DNA of 64,000 nucleotides. It comes from an uncultured Candidatus Saccharibacteria bacterium. Lineage in GTDB: Bacteria; Patescibacteriota; Minisyncoccia; Phycocordibacterales; DATDWN01. Every line of letters starts with the position of its first letter. The stretch's first letter is position 1. Location: NCBI GenBank assembly GCA_964453075.1, contig CAYVNM010000002.1, positions 4,279 through 68,278 of the forward strand. Reading direction: 5' to 3'. The notes under the pieces are model-generated. The model was given only the letters and a program-made list of their open reading frames with translations. It was not told where the DNA came from and did not search any database. Below, one piece after another: positions 30,684-39,961 of this stretch. Made by a program: the position numbers and the translations under genes.

Positions 30684-31955
30684 CTAGTACTCGCGAATAG
30701 ATACCTGAGCATCTATCTTCTTAATCAGATCGATAACCACAGAGACCACGATAAGTAGAGATGTTCCTCCGATAGAAACAGCTGTTATGCCCGTTGCACC
30801 CTTCATTATAAGAGGAAGAACTGCTATAACCCCCAGAAACAAAGCTCCAACCAGTGTTAGGCGAGTTAATATTCTGGATATGTGATCAGATGTAGATTTT
30901 CCTGGTCTCACACCTGGTATAAAAGCTCCATTTTTTTGAAGATTTTCTGATATTTGATCCGGATCAAAAGTAACTGCTGTATAGAAGTATGTAAACACAA
31001 AAACCAAAAAGAAATAAGCAATAGCGTAAAACCAACTATTAGCAAGAATGTTTAGTATAAAACCAGACACTGATTGGACTGTTAAATTACTTGCACCTTG
31101 CAAAAATCTCAAGATCATTTGAGGGAACAAAAGAATAGACAAGGCAAATATTATAGGAATAACTCCAGCTTGGTTGATTCTTAATGGTAAATAGGTAGAT
31201 GTTCCACCATATACCTTATTTCCCCTAACCTGCTTTGCATAAGTAACAGGTATTGGTCTTTCTGCTTCTGTAATAATAACAACGCCAACTATAACAACAG
31301 CCGCAATAGCTATGAAAGCTAGATAAATAGGCAATTGAGATATCTCAAAGGTAAACACCAATTGACCCAATGTTACTGGTAGATTAGCTACTATACCTGC
31401 GAATATTATTAGCGATACTCCATTTCCTATACCGTACTCTGATATAAGCTCACCTATCCACATGAGAAGCACAGAACCTGCTGTAATAACTATTAAGTTA
31501 GTAACCATTTCAAGTGATGTAAGTTTTTCCAAAACTTGCTGGTTTTCCAAAAGCTTTATAAAGCTAAAGGCCTGAATTATAGAAAGTGGAATAGAAAGCA
31601 TTCTACTGTATTGAGCAAATTTTCTTTTTCCAGCCTGACCTTCCTCTTGGTACATCTCTTTCAATCTTGAGGACATAATGGTCATAAGCTGCATAATAAT
31701 AGAAGCAGTAATATAAGGACCAACTCCGAGCATCACAATGGAGAGTTGAGACAAACCTCCACCTGAAAATAGATTGAGCAATCCAAAAAATTCATTACCA
31801 GAAAAGAAAGCAGCTAATTTAGCAGTATCAACTCCTCCTATTGGGACAGAAGCGAGTACACGAAACAGCACCAAAGCAAAAAGAGTAAAGAATATTCTTT
31901 TTCTTAAAACACTGTCCTGAAAAATTAAAACGAATTTATTAAGAAAATTTTTCAT
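30684..31955 (-). CDS. secY: Preprotein translocase SecY
   Basis: LGVGPYITASII, GIGNGVSLII, FIPGVRPG, GGTSLLIVV. Confidence 0.97.
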   Translation of the reverse strand: MKNFLNKFVLIFQDSVLRKRIFFTLFALVLFRVLASVPIGGVDTAKLAAFFSGNEFFGLLNLFSGGGLSQLSIVMLGVGPYITASIIMQLMTIMSSRLKEMYQEEGQAGKRKFAQYSRMLSIPLSIIQAFSFIKLLENQQVLEKLTSLEMVTNLIVITAGSVLLMWIGELISEYGIGNGVSLIIFAGIVANLPVTLGQLVFTFEISQLPIYLAFIAIAAVVIVGVVIITEAERPIPVTYAKQVRGNKVYGGTSTYLPLRINQAGVIPIIFALSILLFPQMILRFLQGASNLTVQSVSGFILNILANSWFYAIAYFFLVFVFTYFYTAVTFDPDQISENLQKNGAFIPGVRPGKSTSDHISRILTRLTLVGALFLGVIAVLPLIMKGATGITAVSIGGTSLLIVVSVVIDLIKKIDAQVSIREY

Positions 31956-31972
31956 GTATTTATTCTACCACC

Positions 31973-32416
31973 TTAAACCAAACACTTTCCACCAGCCTTT
32001 TCTATAGCTGCTTTAGCAGAAACAGATACCAAACAATTCTTGATTGTTAGACTTTTATCTAATGTGCCTGTGCCCAAAAGCTTAACTCTCGGTGCATCAC
32101 CTGACATTTTTTTGACCAAGCCTGCTTTAACCAAAGCACTAGGAGAAACTACATCACCGTTTTTGAAAACTTTATTCAAGTCACCAAGATTGACCACTGA
32201 GGCCTTTAATTCAATACTTGTGTTTATGTTTTTACCACGACCGCGTAATTTTGGAACTCTTTTTATAAAATCTCTAATCTCTGGTCGTTTCTTGTGACCC
32301 GCTCTGGCATTTTGTCCTTTTGTACCTCGCCCTGCTGTTTTACCACGAGTACCACCACGTCCTATTTGGCGTGTTTTTTTGTTTGGGTGTGTTCTTTTTA
32401 GTTCGTGTGTTTGCAT
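31973..32416 (-). CDS. rplO: 50S ribosomal protein L15
   Basis: GRGG..GKTAGRGTKGQNAR. Confidence 0.95.
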   Translation of the reverse strand: MQTHELKRTHPNKKTRQIGRGGTRGKTAGRGTKGQNARAGHKKRPEIRDFIKRVPKLRGRGKNINTSIELKASVVNLGDLNKVFKNGDVVSPSALVKAGLVKKMSGDAPRVKLLGTGTLDKSLTIKNCLVSVSAKAAIEKAGGKCLV

Positions 32417-32417
32417 G

Positions 32418-33002
32418 TTATTTTCTTACGACTAGTTGATTTAATGCTTTAACAGCTGCTTTGGCATTGTTTATTTTGTTTTTACTTCTTGAAAAGATTT
32501 TTGCACTTACTTCTTTTATTCCTGCAAACTCTAATACTGTTCGGACAGATGAGCCAGCCAAAATACCTTTTCCAGGAGCTCTCATTATAACAACTCTTGA
32601 ACTTGAGTACTTAGCACTTACTTCGTGTGGAATAGAGCCACTCTTAGTCATTACTACCTTTATCATGTTCTTCTTTGCATCTCTAACAGCCTTGTCTATA
32701 GCCACTGGAGTATCCCCTGCTTTACCAAGACCAACACCAACTCTTCCTCTCCTATCACCTATCACCACACCGACAGAAAAGCTGAATCTTCGTCCTCCCG
32801 TAACAACTCTTGTTACTCTTCTGATGCTTATTATTTTTTGATCAAACTCAGGTTTAACACGAGCCTCTCTTCTAGGAGGAGCCTTGCGAGAATTTTTTTT
32901 GAATTCTCTCGGAGCTTGATGAGCAAAAGATGCATCTTTAGTAGCAACATCTGTTGTATCTTCTACCACCACATCTTCAATTTTTATTTCTTCTGGTTCC
33001 AT
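32418..33002 (-). CDS. rpsE: 30S ribosomal protein S5
   Basis: RVTRVVTGGRRFSF. Confidence 0.96.
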   Translation of the reverse strand: MEPEEIKIEDVVVEDTTDVATKDASFAHQAPREFKKNSRKAPPRREARVKPEFDQKIISIRRVTRVVTGGRRFSFSVGVVIGDRRGRVGVGLGKAGDTPVAIDKAVRDAKKNMIKVVMTKSGSIPHEVSAKYSSSRVVIMRAPGKGILAGSSVRTVLEFAGIKEVSAKIFSRSKNKINNAKAAVKALNQLVVRK

Positions 33003-33010
33003 AATATTTT

Positions 33011-33361
33011 TTAAAACTTAAGACCTCCTTTACGAGCACCATCTGCGACCGCTTTAACATTACCTGTATAAATAAATCCTCCTCTATCAAAAACTACATT
33101 TGATATTTTCTTTGCTAAGGCTTTTTCTGCAATACTCTCGCCCACAAGCGCAGCTTTTTCCATCATGGTTTTACCCTTAACTTCTCTAGAATGAGCAGAA
33201 GCAATTGTTACTGCTTTTACATCATCTATGAGTTGTACTGAAATGTGCTTATTTGATTTGTAAACAGATAAACGAGGTTTTTCAGATGTACCAGAAATAT
33301 TAGAACGAATCTTGCTGTGTCGTCTTGTTCTTTTTTCTAGTTTTGCGTTTAATTTTTTCAT
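33011..33361 (-). CDS. rplR: 50S ribosomal protein L18
   Basis: PRLSVYKSN, VVFDRGG. Confidence 0.96.
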   Translation of the reverse strand: MKKLNAKLEKRTRRHSKIRSNISGTSEKPRLSVYKSNKHISVQLIDDVKAVTIASAHSREVKGKTMMEKAALVGESIAEKALAKKISNVVFDRGGFIYTGNVKAVADGARKGGLKF

Positions 33362-33383
33362 AGTATTTTATATTACCCCTCTA

Positions 33384-33917
33384 TTAGGCTGTTTTCTTGC
33401 CTTGTTTTCTCTTAACAACCTCACCCTCATATCTGATTCCCTTTCCTTTGTAAGGTTCTGGTTTCTTTAGTGATCTTACGTTTGCAACAAATTCTCCGAC
33501 CACTTCTTTATCAATACCTGTAACAGTAATTACGTTTTTCTCTGCTGTTACCTTTAGAGTTTTTGGTATTGGAACATTAACTGGATGTGAAAAACCAAGT
33601 GCCAAAACCAAATTTTCTCCTTTAACCTCTGATTTGTAACCAATACCCTCAATCACAAGTTTCTTAACATAAGGAGTGGTAACACCAGAAATCATGTTCA
33701 TAATGTGTGATGCGTATGTTCCCCAAAGTGCTCTGTTTTCTAGAGTATCTTTCTTTGGCACCAAAGTTATACTATCTGAACCTATAGTTATCTCAATATC
33801 TTGTTTGAATTTTTTTGTTAGTGTACCTAGAGATCCTTTAACAGAGAAAACTCCCAGAGAATTTGAAACTTCTGTTCCTTTTGGTATCGCTATTACTTTT
33901 TTTCCGATTCTTGACAT
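33384..33917 (-). CDS. rplF: 50S ribosomal protein L6
   Basis: MSRIGK, PEPYKGKGI. Confidence 0.96.
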   Translation of the reverse strand: MSRIGKKVIAIPKGTEVSNSLGVFSVKGSLGTLTKKFKQDIEITIGSDSITLVPKKDTLENRALWGTYASHIMNMISGVTTPYVKKLVIEGIGYKSEVKGENLVLALGFSHPVNVPIPKTLKVTAEKNVITVTGIDKEVVGEFVANVRSLKKPEPYKGKGIRYEGEVVKRKQGKKTA

Positions 33918-33931
33918 GATGTTGTTATAAA

Positions 33932-34318
33932 TTACCAAACCTTAAGTAGAGCTTCTCCACCTGTGTTTGCCTCTTTTGCAGACTTATCTGTCATAACACC
34001 TTTTGGTGTTGATAGTATCAAAGCTCCCATTCCACCTTTTACTTTATTAATACCTTTTGCTTTTTGATAAATTCTTTTTGAAGTTTTTGAAACTCTCTCG
34101 ATTCCGTGTATTTTAGAAACTCCATCTTCATAAACCAAAACAACTTCAATGAATTTTGCGATTTTCTTTCCTTTTTTTCCGAATGACTTTATAAATCCAT
34201 CTTTGAATAGAACATCAGCGATAGCAAGTTTTAGTTTTGAATAAGGAAAAACAACAGATTCTTTTTTTGATTCTGTGGCATTCTTTATTCTAACTATCAT
34301 ATCTGCGATTGGATCCAT
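33932..34318 (-). CDS. rpsH: 30S ribosomal protein S8
   Basis: DPIADM, STPKGVMT, GGE. Confidence 0.96.
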   Translation of the reverse strand: MDPIADMIVRIKNATESKKESVVFPYSKLKLAIADVLFKDGFIKSFGKKGKKIAKFIEVVLVYEDGVSKIHGIERVSKTSKRIYQKAKGINKVKGGMGALILSTPKGVMTDKSAKEANTGGEALLKVW

Positions 34319-34334
34319 TTGTTTTTGTATTATA

Positions 34335-34377
34335 TCCGGGCAGTATCTCCCCTATAGTTAGGGTTGACTTACCAAGA
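34335..34377 (-). promoter_or_regulatory. Candidate S8-binding mRNA operator (16S h21 mimic)
   Basis: Hairpin with UAAGUC/GAUACUG core overlapping the rpsN stop, 16 nt before the rpsH ATG. Confidence 0.65.
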
Positions 34378-34554
34378 CGACTTTTTAATTCCGGGAATTT
34401 TCCCTTCATTGGCTAGTTCTCGGAAGCAGATTCGGCAGAGACCAAAGTCTCTCATAAATCCACGTCCTCGTCCACATTTAAAACATCGATTAGTAGCCCG
34501 AGTACTGAATTTCGGTTTTTTTGCTGCTCGTGCTTTTACTGATGTTTTTGCCAT
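34369..34554 (-). CDS. rpsN: 30S ribosomal protein S14, zinc-binding 61-aa type
   Basis: RCFKCGR..LCRICFR..KSSW; start ATG 34554. Confidence 0.95.
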   Translation of the reverse strand: MAKTSVKARAAKKPKFSTRATNRCFKCGRGRGFMRDFGLCRICFRELANEGKIPGIKKSSW

Positions 34555-34731
34555 ATTTAAATAAAAAAGCTCTTTAAAGCTCGGGTTCATACTAGCAATT
34601 AAGCCTTTTAAAGTCAACATGCTGTTTTCATGTACGAAAAACTGGCACACCCCCAAGGGAATGTGCCAGGCGAGAGATTGGTTTCTCTCGAGAACTTGCC
34701 GGGGTTACGCCCGACGCGTGTACTTGTTGGG

Positions 34732-35274
34732 CTAGCCGATTAGCTTATTCAGGACCGCCGCCCAGTCCTTAGACTCAGCCTTCCGACCAGCATCCTGGAA
34801 AAATCGCAGGACGGCACCGTTCGCGAAGCGGAATGAATCACGTATTCTGGATGATTCCTCCAGAATAGACCCTTCCGCATTCTGGTGATGGTGGTTGGAG
34901 AAAACCACCGCCACAAACCTGGTCCCAGCTGCTATTGCCGACAGGGCAAGCTGGTAACCCACCAACTTCTCAGTGCCCCAGTCCGAATTGTGATAAAATC
35001 CATCAAATGGCATCATGCCGTCCGACAACACGACATCCCACGGAACACCAGCACTGAAATCCTCGTAATGCTTGTTGCTCCAGGACGAATAGCTGCCAAT
35101 CGAACGACCTGCCGTGAGATTGGCAACCTTGCGGTTCTCCACCGAATCTCCCCGACTAATGAGCATGTTGCCCATGTCGTAACTTGCAGTGGTGAACACG
35201 TCGTGTGACCCCCCCAATTGGGCGATGGCCCCATCGAGGTTTTCCTGCCGATCGTCAATAACCAAGATCTTCAT
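34732..35274 (-). CDS. Receiver-like domain protein with internal insertion (cassette-like unit)
   Basis: MKILVIDD...WDVVLSDGMMP; TTGACA-17-TATAAT, AAGGAG SD, terminator, GC-rich. Confidence 0.75.
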   Translation of the reverse strand: MKILVIDDRQENLDGAIAQLGGSHDVFTTASYDMGNMLISRGDSVENRKVANLTAGRSIGSYSSWSNKHYEDFSAGVPWDVVLSDGMMPFDGFYHNSDWGTEKLVGYQLALSAIAAGTRFVAVVFSNHHHQNAEGSILEESSRIRDSFRFANGAVLRFFQDAGRKAESKDWAAVLNKLIG

Positions 35275-35461
35275 GGTAGCTCCTTGGCCCCTAGGGCCGG
35301 AAAAAGTGGTTGTCAAACTGTCCACCTAAAATTATACACCTATTTAATCTCTTTGTCAATTGTTTTTGCCGATACCCACCCTCTAAACAGCAAAATAGCC
35401 CTATATTTAGGGCTATTTTTGCAAAATCCAAGGGGAGTCCTTGGATTTTAGTAATTTTCTG

Positions 35462-36067
35462 TTATTTCTTTATATTCCAGCCTTTCTTTTTTGCCTTTGG
35501 AGCTTCTGTCTTTGCAACTGTTGTCTCTGTACCTGGTTTTTTGAATGGGAAACCTAGATGAGCCAGGAAACTTCTAGTTTGTGCCGCATCATGAACGTTT
35601 GTAACGATAGTTATTGCAATACCAAATATGTCTTTCAAATCCTCGTCTGATGACTCTGGGAAAATGGTATTCTCTCGAACACCTAGAGTGTAGTTACCCA
35701 TTTCATCAACACCTGTTGTTGGTATACCTCTGAAGTCTTTTGTTCTAGGAAGAGCAATGTTTATAAGTCTGTCTAGGAAATCATACATCCTGTCTCCTCT
35801 CAAAGTTACTTGCATGCCAACAGTATCCCCCTCTCGCACCTTGAATGCTGCAACTGATTGCTTTGCTCCCTTTCTAGCTGGTTTTTGTCCTGTGATTTTT
35901 GAAAGTCTATCTGCAATAAGTTCAATTTTCTTTTTGTCTTTTACTGAACCAACACCAGAAGAAACAACCACCTTTAGGATCTTTGGTGCTTGCATAGCAT
36001 TCTTATAACCAAACTCTGATTTCATGGCAGTAAAGGCTTCTTTTGTTTTTTCTTTGATGTTTTTCAT
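35462..36067 (-). CDS. rplE: 50S ribosomal protein L5
   Basis: ITGQKP, VTLRG, LPRTKDFRG. Confidence 0.96.
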   Translation of the reverse strand: MKNIKEKTKEAFTAMKSEFGYKNAMQAPKILKVVVSSGVGSVKDKKKIELIADRLSKITGQKPARKGAKQSVAAFKVREGDTVGMQVTLRGDRMYDFLDRLINIALPRTKDFRGIPTTGVDEMGNYTLGVRENTIFPESSDEDLKDIFGIAITIVTNVHDAAQTRSFLAHLGFPFKKPGTETTVAKTEAPKAKKKGWNIKK

Positions 36068-36086
36068 AAATTTATTTCAGTATTCT

Positions 36087-36305
36087 TTATTTTGCTTTCT
36101 TCACATTTGAAACATGAATAGGCATAGTCTTATCAATGATTTGTCCTTTCTCACCGCTCTTTCGTGCTTTTTGGTGCACCTTAAGTACATTAACACCGGA
36201 AACAATGACTTTGTTTTCTTGTGGAATTGATTTGGTCACTGTTCCTGTCTTACCCTTATCTTTTCCTGTAAGCACTATTACTTTGTCGTCTTTTTTGATA
36301 TGCAT
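36087..36305 (-). CDS. rplX: 50S ribosomal protein L24 (short)
   Basis: KOW motif GKDKGKTG, PIHVSNV. Confidence 0.95.
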   Translation of the reverse strand: MHIKKDDKVIVLTGKDKGKTGTVTKSIPQENKVIVSGVNVLKVHQKARKSGEKGQIIDKTMPIHVSNVKKAK

Positions 36306-36336
36306 GTTTTTATTTTATATTTTGCTACGTTATCAC

Positions 36337-36460
36337 AAACTTTCAAATTTGGCCAAGGTCGCGTATAAAATTTGAAAAAGAATGGGAGCCTACCTCTGTG
36401 CGTAGGTGACCATTATTCTTCAGATTTTAGACGATGAGATTGGTCATAATTTGGAAGTTT
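36337..36460 (+). repeat. Nested palindromic element (family A) at rplN stop
   Basis: AAACTTTCAAATT/AATTTGGAAGTTT ends; central GAGCCTAC..GTAGGTGA. Confidence 0.8.
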
Positions 36461-36831
36461 TAAACAACCTCTGGGGCGAGAGAGATAATCTTTTGGTAAC
36501 CTACCTCTCCTAGCTCTCGTGGTATCGGTCCGAATATACGCCCAGCAACTGGTTCTAGTTTTTCTTTCATAACAATAACCACTGCGTTCTCATCAAATCT
36601 TATATAAGAACCGTCTTTTCTTCGGAAAGGAGCTCGTTGTCTCACAACTACTGCATATAAAACATCTTTCTTTTTTGTAGTTTTTCTTGGTTCTGCTTTT
36701 TGTACTGAAATAACAACTAGTTCACCGATACTAGCATATCTCTTTTTTGAACTTCCTAACACCTTGAAAACTCGTCCGATCTTTCCTCCGGAGTTGTCAG
36801 CTATTTTTACAATTGATTGTGGTTGGATCAT
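36460..36831 (-). CDS. rplN: 50S ribosomal protein L14
   Basis: MIQ, ADNSG, IRFDENA, SLAPEV. Confidence 0.96.
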   Translation of the reverse strand: MIQPQSIVKIADNSGGKIGRVFKVLGSSKKRYASIGELVVISVQKAEPRKTTKKKDVLYAVVVRQRAPFRRKDGSYIRFDENAVVIVMKEKLEPVAGRIFGPIPRELGEVGYQKIISLAPEVV

Positions 36832-36849
36832 GGCGGTTTATATATTTGA

Positions 36850-37116
36850 TTAAACTAATTTGAAATTTTTGTCTTTGGAAATCGGCGCACATTCAACAAT
36901 AGTAACTCTGTCACCTACTTTCTTTGTGTTACCTTTGTCGTCTGCTTTGAACTTCTTGTCCCGAGATATGTATTTATCATATTTAGGGTGTTTAACAAAA
37001 CGACTGACTTTAACAACGATAGTGTCTTTCATTTTGTCAGAAGTTACAACACCAACCATGGTCTTGCGACCAGATTTTGTTGTGTTATTTGTTTTTTTAT
37101 CTTTCATGTTTTCCAT
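36850..37116 (-). CDS. rpsQ: 30S ribosomal protein S17
   Basis: SDKMKDT, HPKY, PISK. Confidence 0.95.
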   Translation of the reverse strand: MENMKDKKTNNTTKSGRKTMVGVVTSDKMKDTIVVKVSRFVKHPKYDKYISRDKKFKADDKGNTKKVGDRVTIVECAPISKDKNFKLV

Positions 37117-37127
37117 ATTTGTTTAAA

Positions 37128-37313
37128 TTATTTCTTTTTGTTTAGAAGAGTAAATATTCTTGCAATATCTTTTCTTAGGATATTACCATCCTTAACATTT
37201 CGAACATTACTACCTGCCACAGAAAAACGAAAGTTGCGCAAAGCAAGCTTCTTTTCAGATATAAGCGCTTTTAGTTCAGCTGTATTCTTCTTTAATAAAT
37301 CTTTCATGTTCAT
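37128..37313 (-). CDS. rpmC: 50S ribosomal protein L29
   Basis: RKDIARI; between rplP and rpsQ. Confidence 0.92.
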   Translation of the reverse strand: MNMKDLLKKNTAELKALISEKKLALRNFRFSVAGSNVRNVKDGNILRKDIARIFTLLNKKK

Positions 37314-37315
37314 GT

Positions 37316-37732
37316 TTATTTTGCGATTATTTTGGTCTTAAGAGGAAGTTTCGTTCCGGCCTTTCGCAAAGCCTCTCTTGCTACTGCATCTGTAACACCG
37401 TCCACCTCAAAAATAATTCTGCCTGGTTTAACTGGAGCGCAGTATCCAAAAAGATCACCCTTACCCTTTCCAAGCTTTACTTCAGCTGGTTTTTTTGTAA
37501 GAGGCATATCTGGAAAAATTCTGATCCAAATTTTACCTGTCTTACCCACTGCACGAGACAAAGCTTTTCTGGCAGCTTCAATCTGGTTTGACATTATACG
37601 AGCTCCCTCCTGAGCCTTAATTGCATGAGAACCAAAAGATATAGTTGCTCCGCGAGAAGCCACCCCAACCTTATTGGCGTTCTTTCGCATTGTATGCCAT
37701 TTTCTGTACTTAACTTTTTTAGGTAACAACAT
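37316..37732 (-). CDS. rplP: 50S ribosomal protein L16
   Basis: PKKVKYRK, WIRIFPD, GKGKG. Confidence 0.96.
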   Translation of the reverse strand: MLLPKKVKYRKWHTMRKNANKVGVASRGATISFGSHAIKAQEGARIMSNQIEAARKALSRAVGKTGKIWIRIFPDMPLTKKPAEVKLGKGKGDLFGYCAPVKPGRIIFEVDGVTDAVAREALRKAGTKLPLKTKIIAK

Positions 37733-37741
37733 GGTAGTATT

Positions 37742-38398
37742 TTATTTTTTGAAAATCTCTCCTTTGTATATCCAGACCTTTATACCGATTCCTCCGTACG
37801 GAAGTCTTGCTTCGTATTTTGAAAAATCTACGTCAGCCCTAAATGTCTGAAGTGGAATTCGTCCTCTCTTGATTTTCTCTTGTCGTGCCATTGAAGCACC
37901 ACCAAGTCTTCCTGAAAGTTCAATTTTCACCCCCAAAACATCTCGATTGGCCATAACCTTCTCAACCATTTGTTTTGTAACTCTCCTAAAAGGAAGTCTT
38001 TTTTCCAAACCATCGGCAATCATTTGTGCAACAATAGTTGCGTTTGATTCTGGTGATTTTACTTCTTTAATATCAATCTTTACTTCCCCACCAGAAGAAA
38101 GTTTGTTTTTCTCAATAAATTTCAAAATATCATTTTTTAGTTTAACAGCTCCATCACCTGATCTTCCGATAATCATACCAGGTCTTGATGTTTCTATTAT
38201 GATACGTAGGATTTTTTCCCCTCTTTCCATTTCCACATTGCTTACATACATACCTCTAAGTTTTTTCTCAAGAAAAACTCTTAGCAAAACATCGCTTTTT
38301 AGAAATTCTTTGTATTTATTCTTCACTCCAAACCAGCGAGATTTCCAGTCTCTTACTATACCTAGTCTATGTGAATATGGGTGAACAGTATGTGTCAT
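37742..38398 (-). CDS. rpsC: 30S ribosomal protein S3
   Basis: RPGMIIG, SGRLGG, GIKVWIY. Confidence 0.96.
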   Translation of the reverse strand: MTHTVHPYSHRLGIVRDWKSRWFGVKNKYKEFLKSDVLLRVFLEKKLRGMYVSNVEMERGEKILRIIIETSRPGMIIGRSGDGAVKLKNDILKFIEKNKLSSGGEVKIDIKEVKSPESNATIVAQMIADGLEKRLPFRRVTKQMVEKVMANRDVLGVKIELSGRLGGASMARQEKIKRGRIPLQTFRADVDFSKYEARLPYGGIGIKVWIYKGEIFKK

Positions 38399-38399
38399 G

Positions 38400-38834
38400 T
38401 TATTTTTTTGATTTTACTGCTTTTTTTGTTGTCTTTGGTTTTTTTGCTGATTCCACTACAACCTCTTCTTTCTCAATTTTTACTTTTTTGTTTTTCTTTT
38501 CTTTTGCTTCTCCAAGTTCTACAAATATTGCGCTTGTTCTCTTTCGTATTGGGTGTGCAGAACCACGAGCAGCAGGAAGTCTTCTGTACATTATTTTCCC
38601 ACTATCTACTTTTATGGTCTTAATAACAAGGTTTTCTGTTGGAATATCTAATGTCTTGGCATTTGCTAATGCTGATTCTATAAGTTTTCTTATTGGAAGA
38701 CTTGCTTTCTTAGCTGTAAATTCAAGATTCACCAAAGCTTCAGCAACTTTTTTACCTCTTACTGCGTTAGCAACCATTCGCATTTTGCGAGGAGCTTGTC
38801 TAAAATTAGATAATGTTGCGTGTGCTGTGGCCAT
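38400..38834 (-). CDS. rplV: 50S ribosomal protein L22 with Lys-rich tail
   Basis: APRKMR, SALANA, ARG..IRKRT. Confidence 0.95.
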   Translation of the reverse strand: MATAHATLSNFRQAPRKMRMVANAVRGKKVAEALVNLEFTAKKASLPIRKLIESALANAKTLDIPTENLVIKTIKVDSGKIMYRRLPAARGSAHPIRKRTSAIFVELGEAKEKKNKKVKIEKEEVVVESAKKPKTTKKAVKSKK

Positions 38835-38840
38835 GATATT

Positions 38841-39182
38841 TTATTTTTTAGCTGCAGGAGCTGCTTTGGCTGCTTGAGCACTAGCAATCTCGCTTTCTTT
38901 TTTCTTTTGCTCCAACTCCTTCTGCATCTTACCTCCGTGTTTAATGAATTTCTTTGTAGGAGAAAACTCACCAAGTCTGTGACCTACCATGTCCTCGTTT
39001 ACTGAAACCTCTATGTGAGTCTTGCCGTTGTGGACACCAAAAATAAAACCTACCATCTCAGGAGAGATCACGCAGGCTCTTGACCATGTTTTAATAACCC
39101 CAGTTTCACTAGATTTTTTACCCTCAATTTTCTTTAGTAATCTTGGGTCAACGTATAGGCCCTTTTTTGATGATCGTGTCAT
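38841..39182 (-). CDS. rpsS: 30S ribosomal protein S19
   Basis: [19 protein letters not shown]. Confidence 0.96.
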   Translation of the reverse strand: MTRSSKKGLYVDPRLLKKIEGKKSSETGVIKTWSRACVISPEMVGFIFGVHNGKTHIEVSVNEDMVGHRLGEFSPTKKFIKHGGKMQKELEQKKKESEIASAQAAKAAPAAKK

Positions 39183-39374
39183 ATTTTAATTTGTCCAAAA
39201 CAAAAACCACATTGTTAGTGGTACTTGACGCTTCTAATACCGCAAACAAGAATGTATAAAGCTCATAGCCTTATGTGGCGTTTATACTATACAAAACACC
39301 CAATAATGTCAACAGATACGATGAAGGGCGACCACATTGGTCGCCCCCGTTAGATCCAACTATCACTAATTGGA

Positions 39375-39686
39375 CTACCCACCATCTCCACCAGAGTTCG
39401 CAAGCTCTTCCTGCTTCTTCTGGTAGTACTCCCAAGCCTGCTCCACGGAGGCCATGATTGACAAGATGTCTGGTGAGGTACTCACCACCACTGACATCAT
39501 AGAGACATCGATGAGATTCCTTAGAAGTTTATTCTCATCGACTGAATCATTCGCTGAAATACCCAGACCTTCTTCATGTGCATATTTGACCGCTAACCCC
39601 CAGTAGCGATTGTAAACCACCGGCCCCTCTCGTTGAATCCGTGTCACCACACGCCAGAACTTTGTGATAAACTCCGACTTTTTCAC
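39375..39686 (-). CDS. 103-aa orphan (cassette-like unit)
   Basis: TTGACG..TAGAGT promoter, AAGGAG then GTG at 39686, terminator; the ORF-track ATG lies inside the palindrome. Confidence 0.65.
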   Translation of the reverse strand: MKKSEFITKFWRVVTRIQREGPVVYNRYWGLAVKYAHEEGLGISANDSVDENKLLRNLIDVSMMSVVVSTSPDILSIMASVEQAWEYYQKKQEELANSGGDGG

Positions 39687-39795
39687 TGAACCACTCCTTG
39701 AGAGCTGGCAGAATTGCCGTCTGGCCCCAACTCTACGCTTTTTAGACAAAACGTCAATGTTAACAAAAACACCACTCGAGTGAGTGGTGTTTACA

Positions 39796-39957
39796 GTTTG
39801 GCGAATTGTATCTTCGAGAAACATCCGCAGGCGCTGAGCTTGGTGTTGTCAACGACCCTGAGTGAAACGAGGGGTTCTTGACGACGAAGCGCCGAGGACA
39901 GAACAAGGCTCCCGCTGGAGGAGCCTTGTGTTTTTGAGAAGATACAATTCGCCAAAC
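39796..39957 (+). repeat. Branched palindromic element at rplB stop (family A-like)
   Basis: Perfect 20-bp terminal IR GTTTGGCGAATTGTATCTTC; inner hairpins with GAGTGAAACGA loop. Confidence 0.8.
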
Positions 39958-39961
39958 AGGA

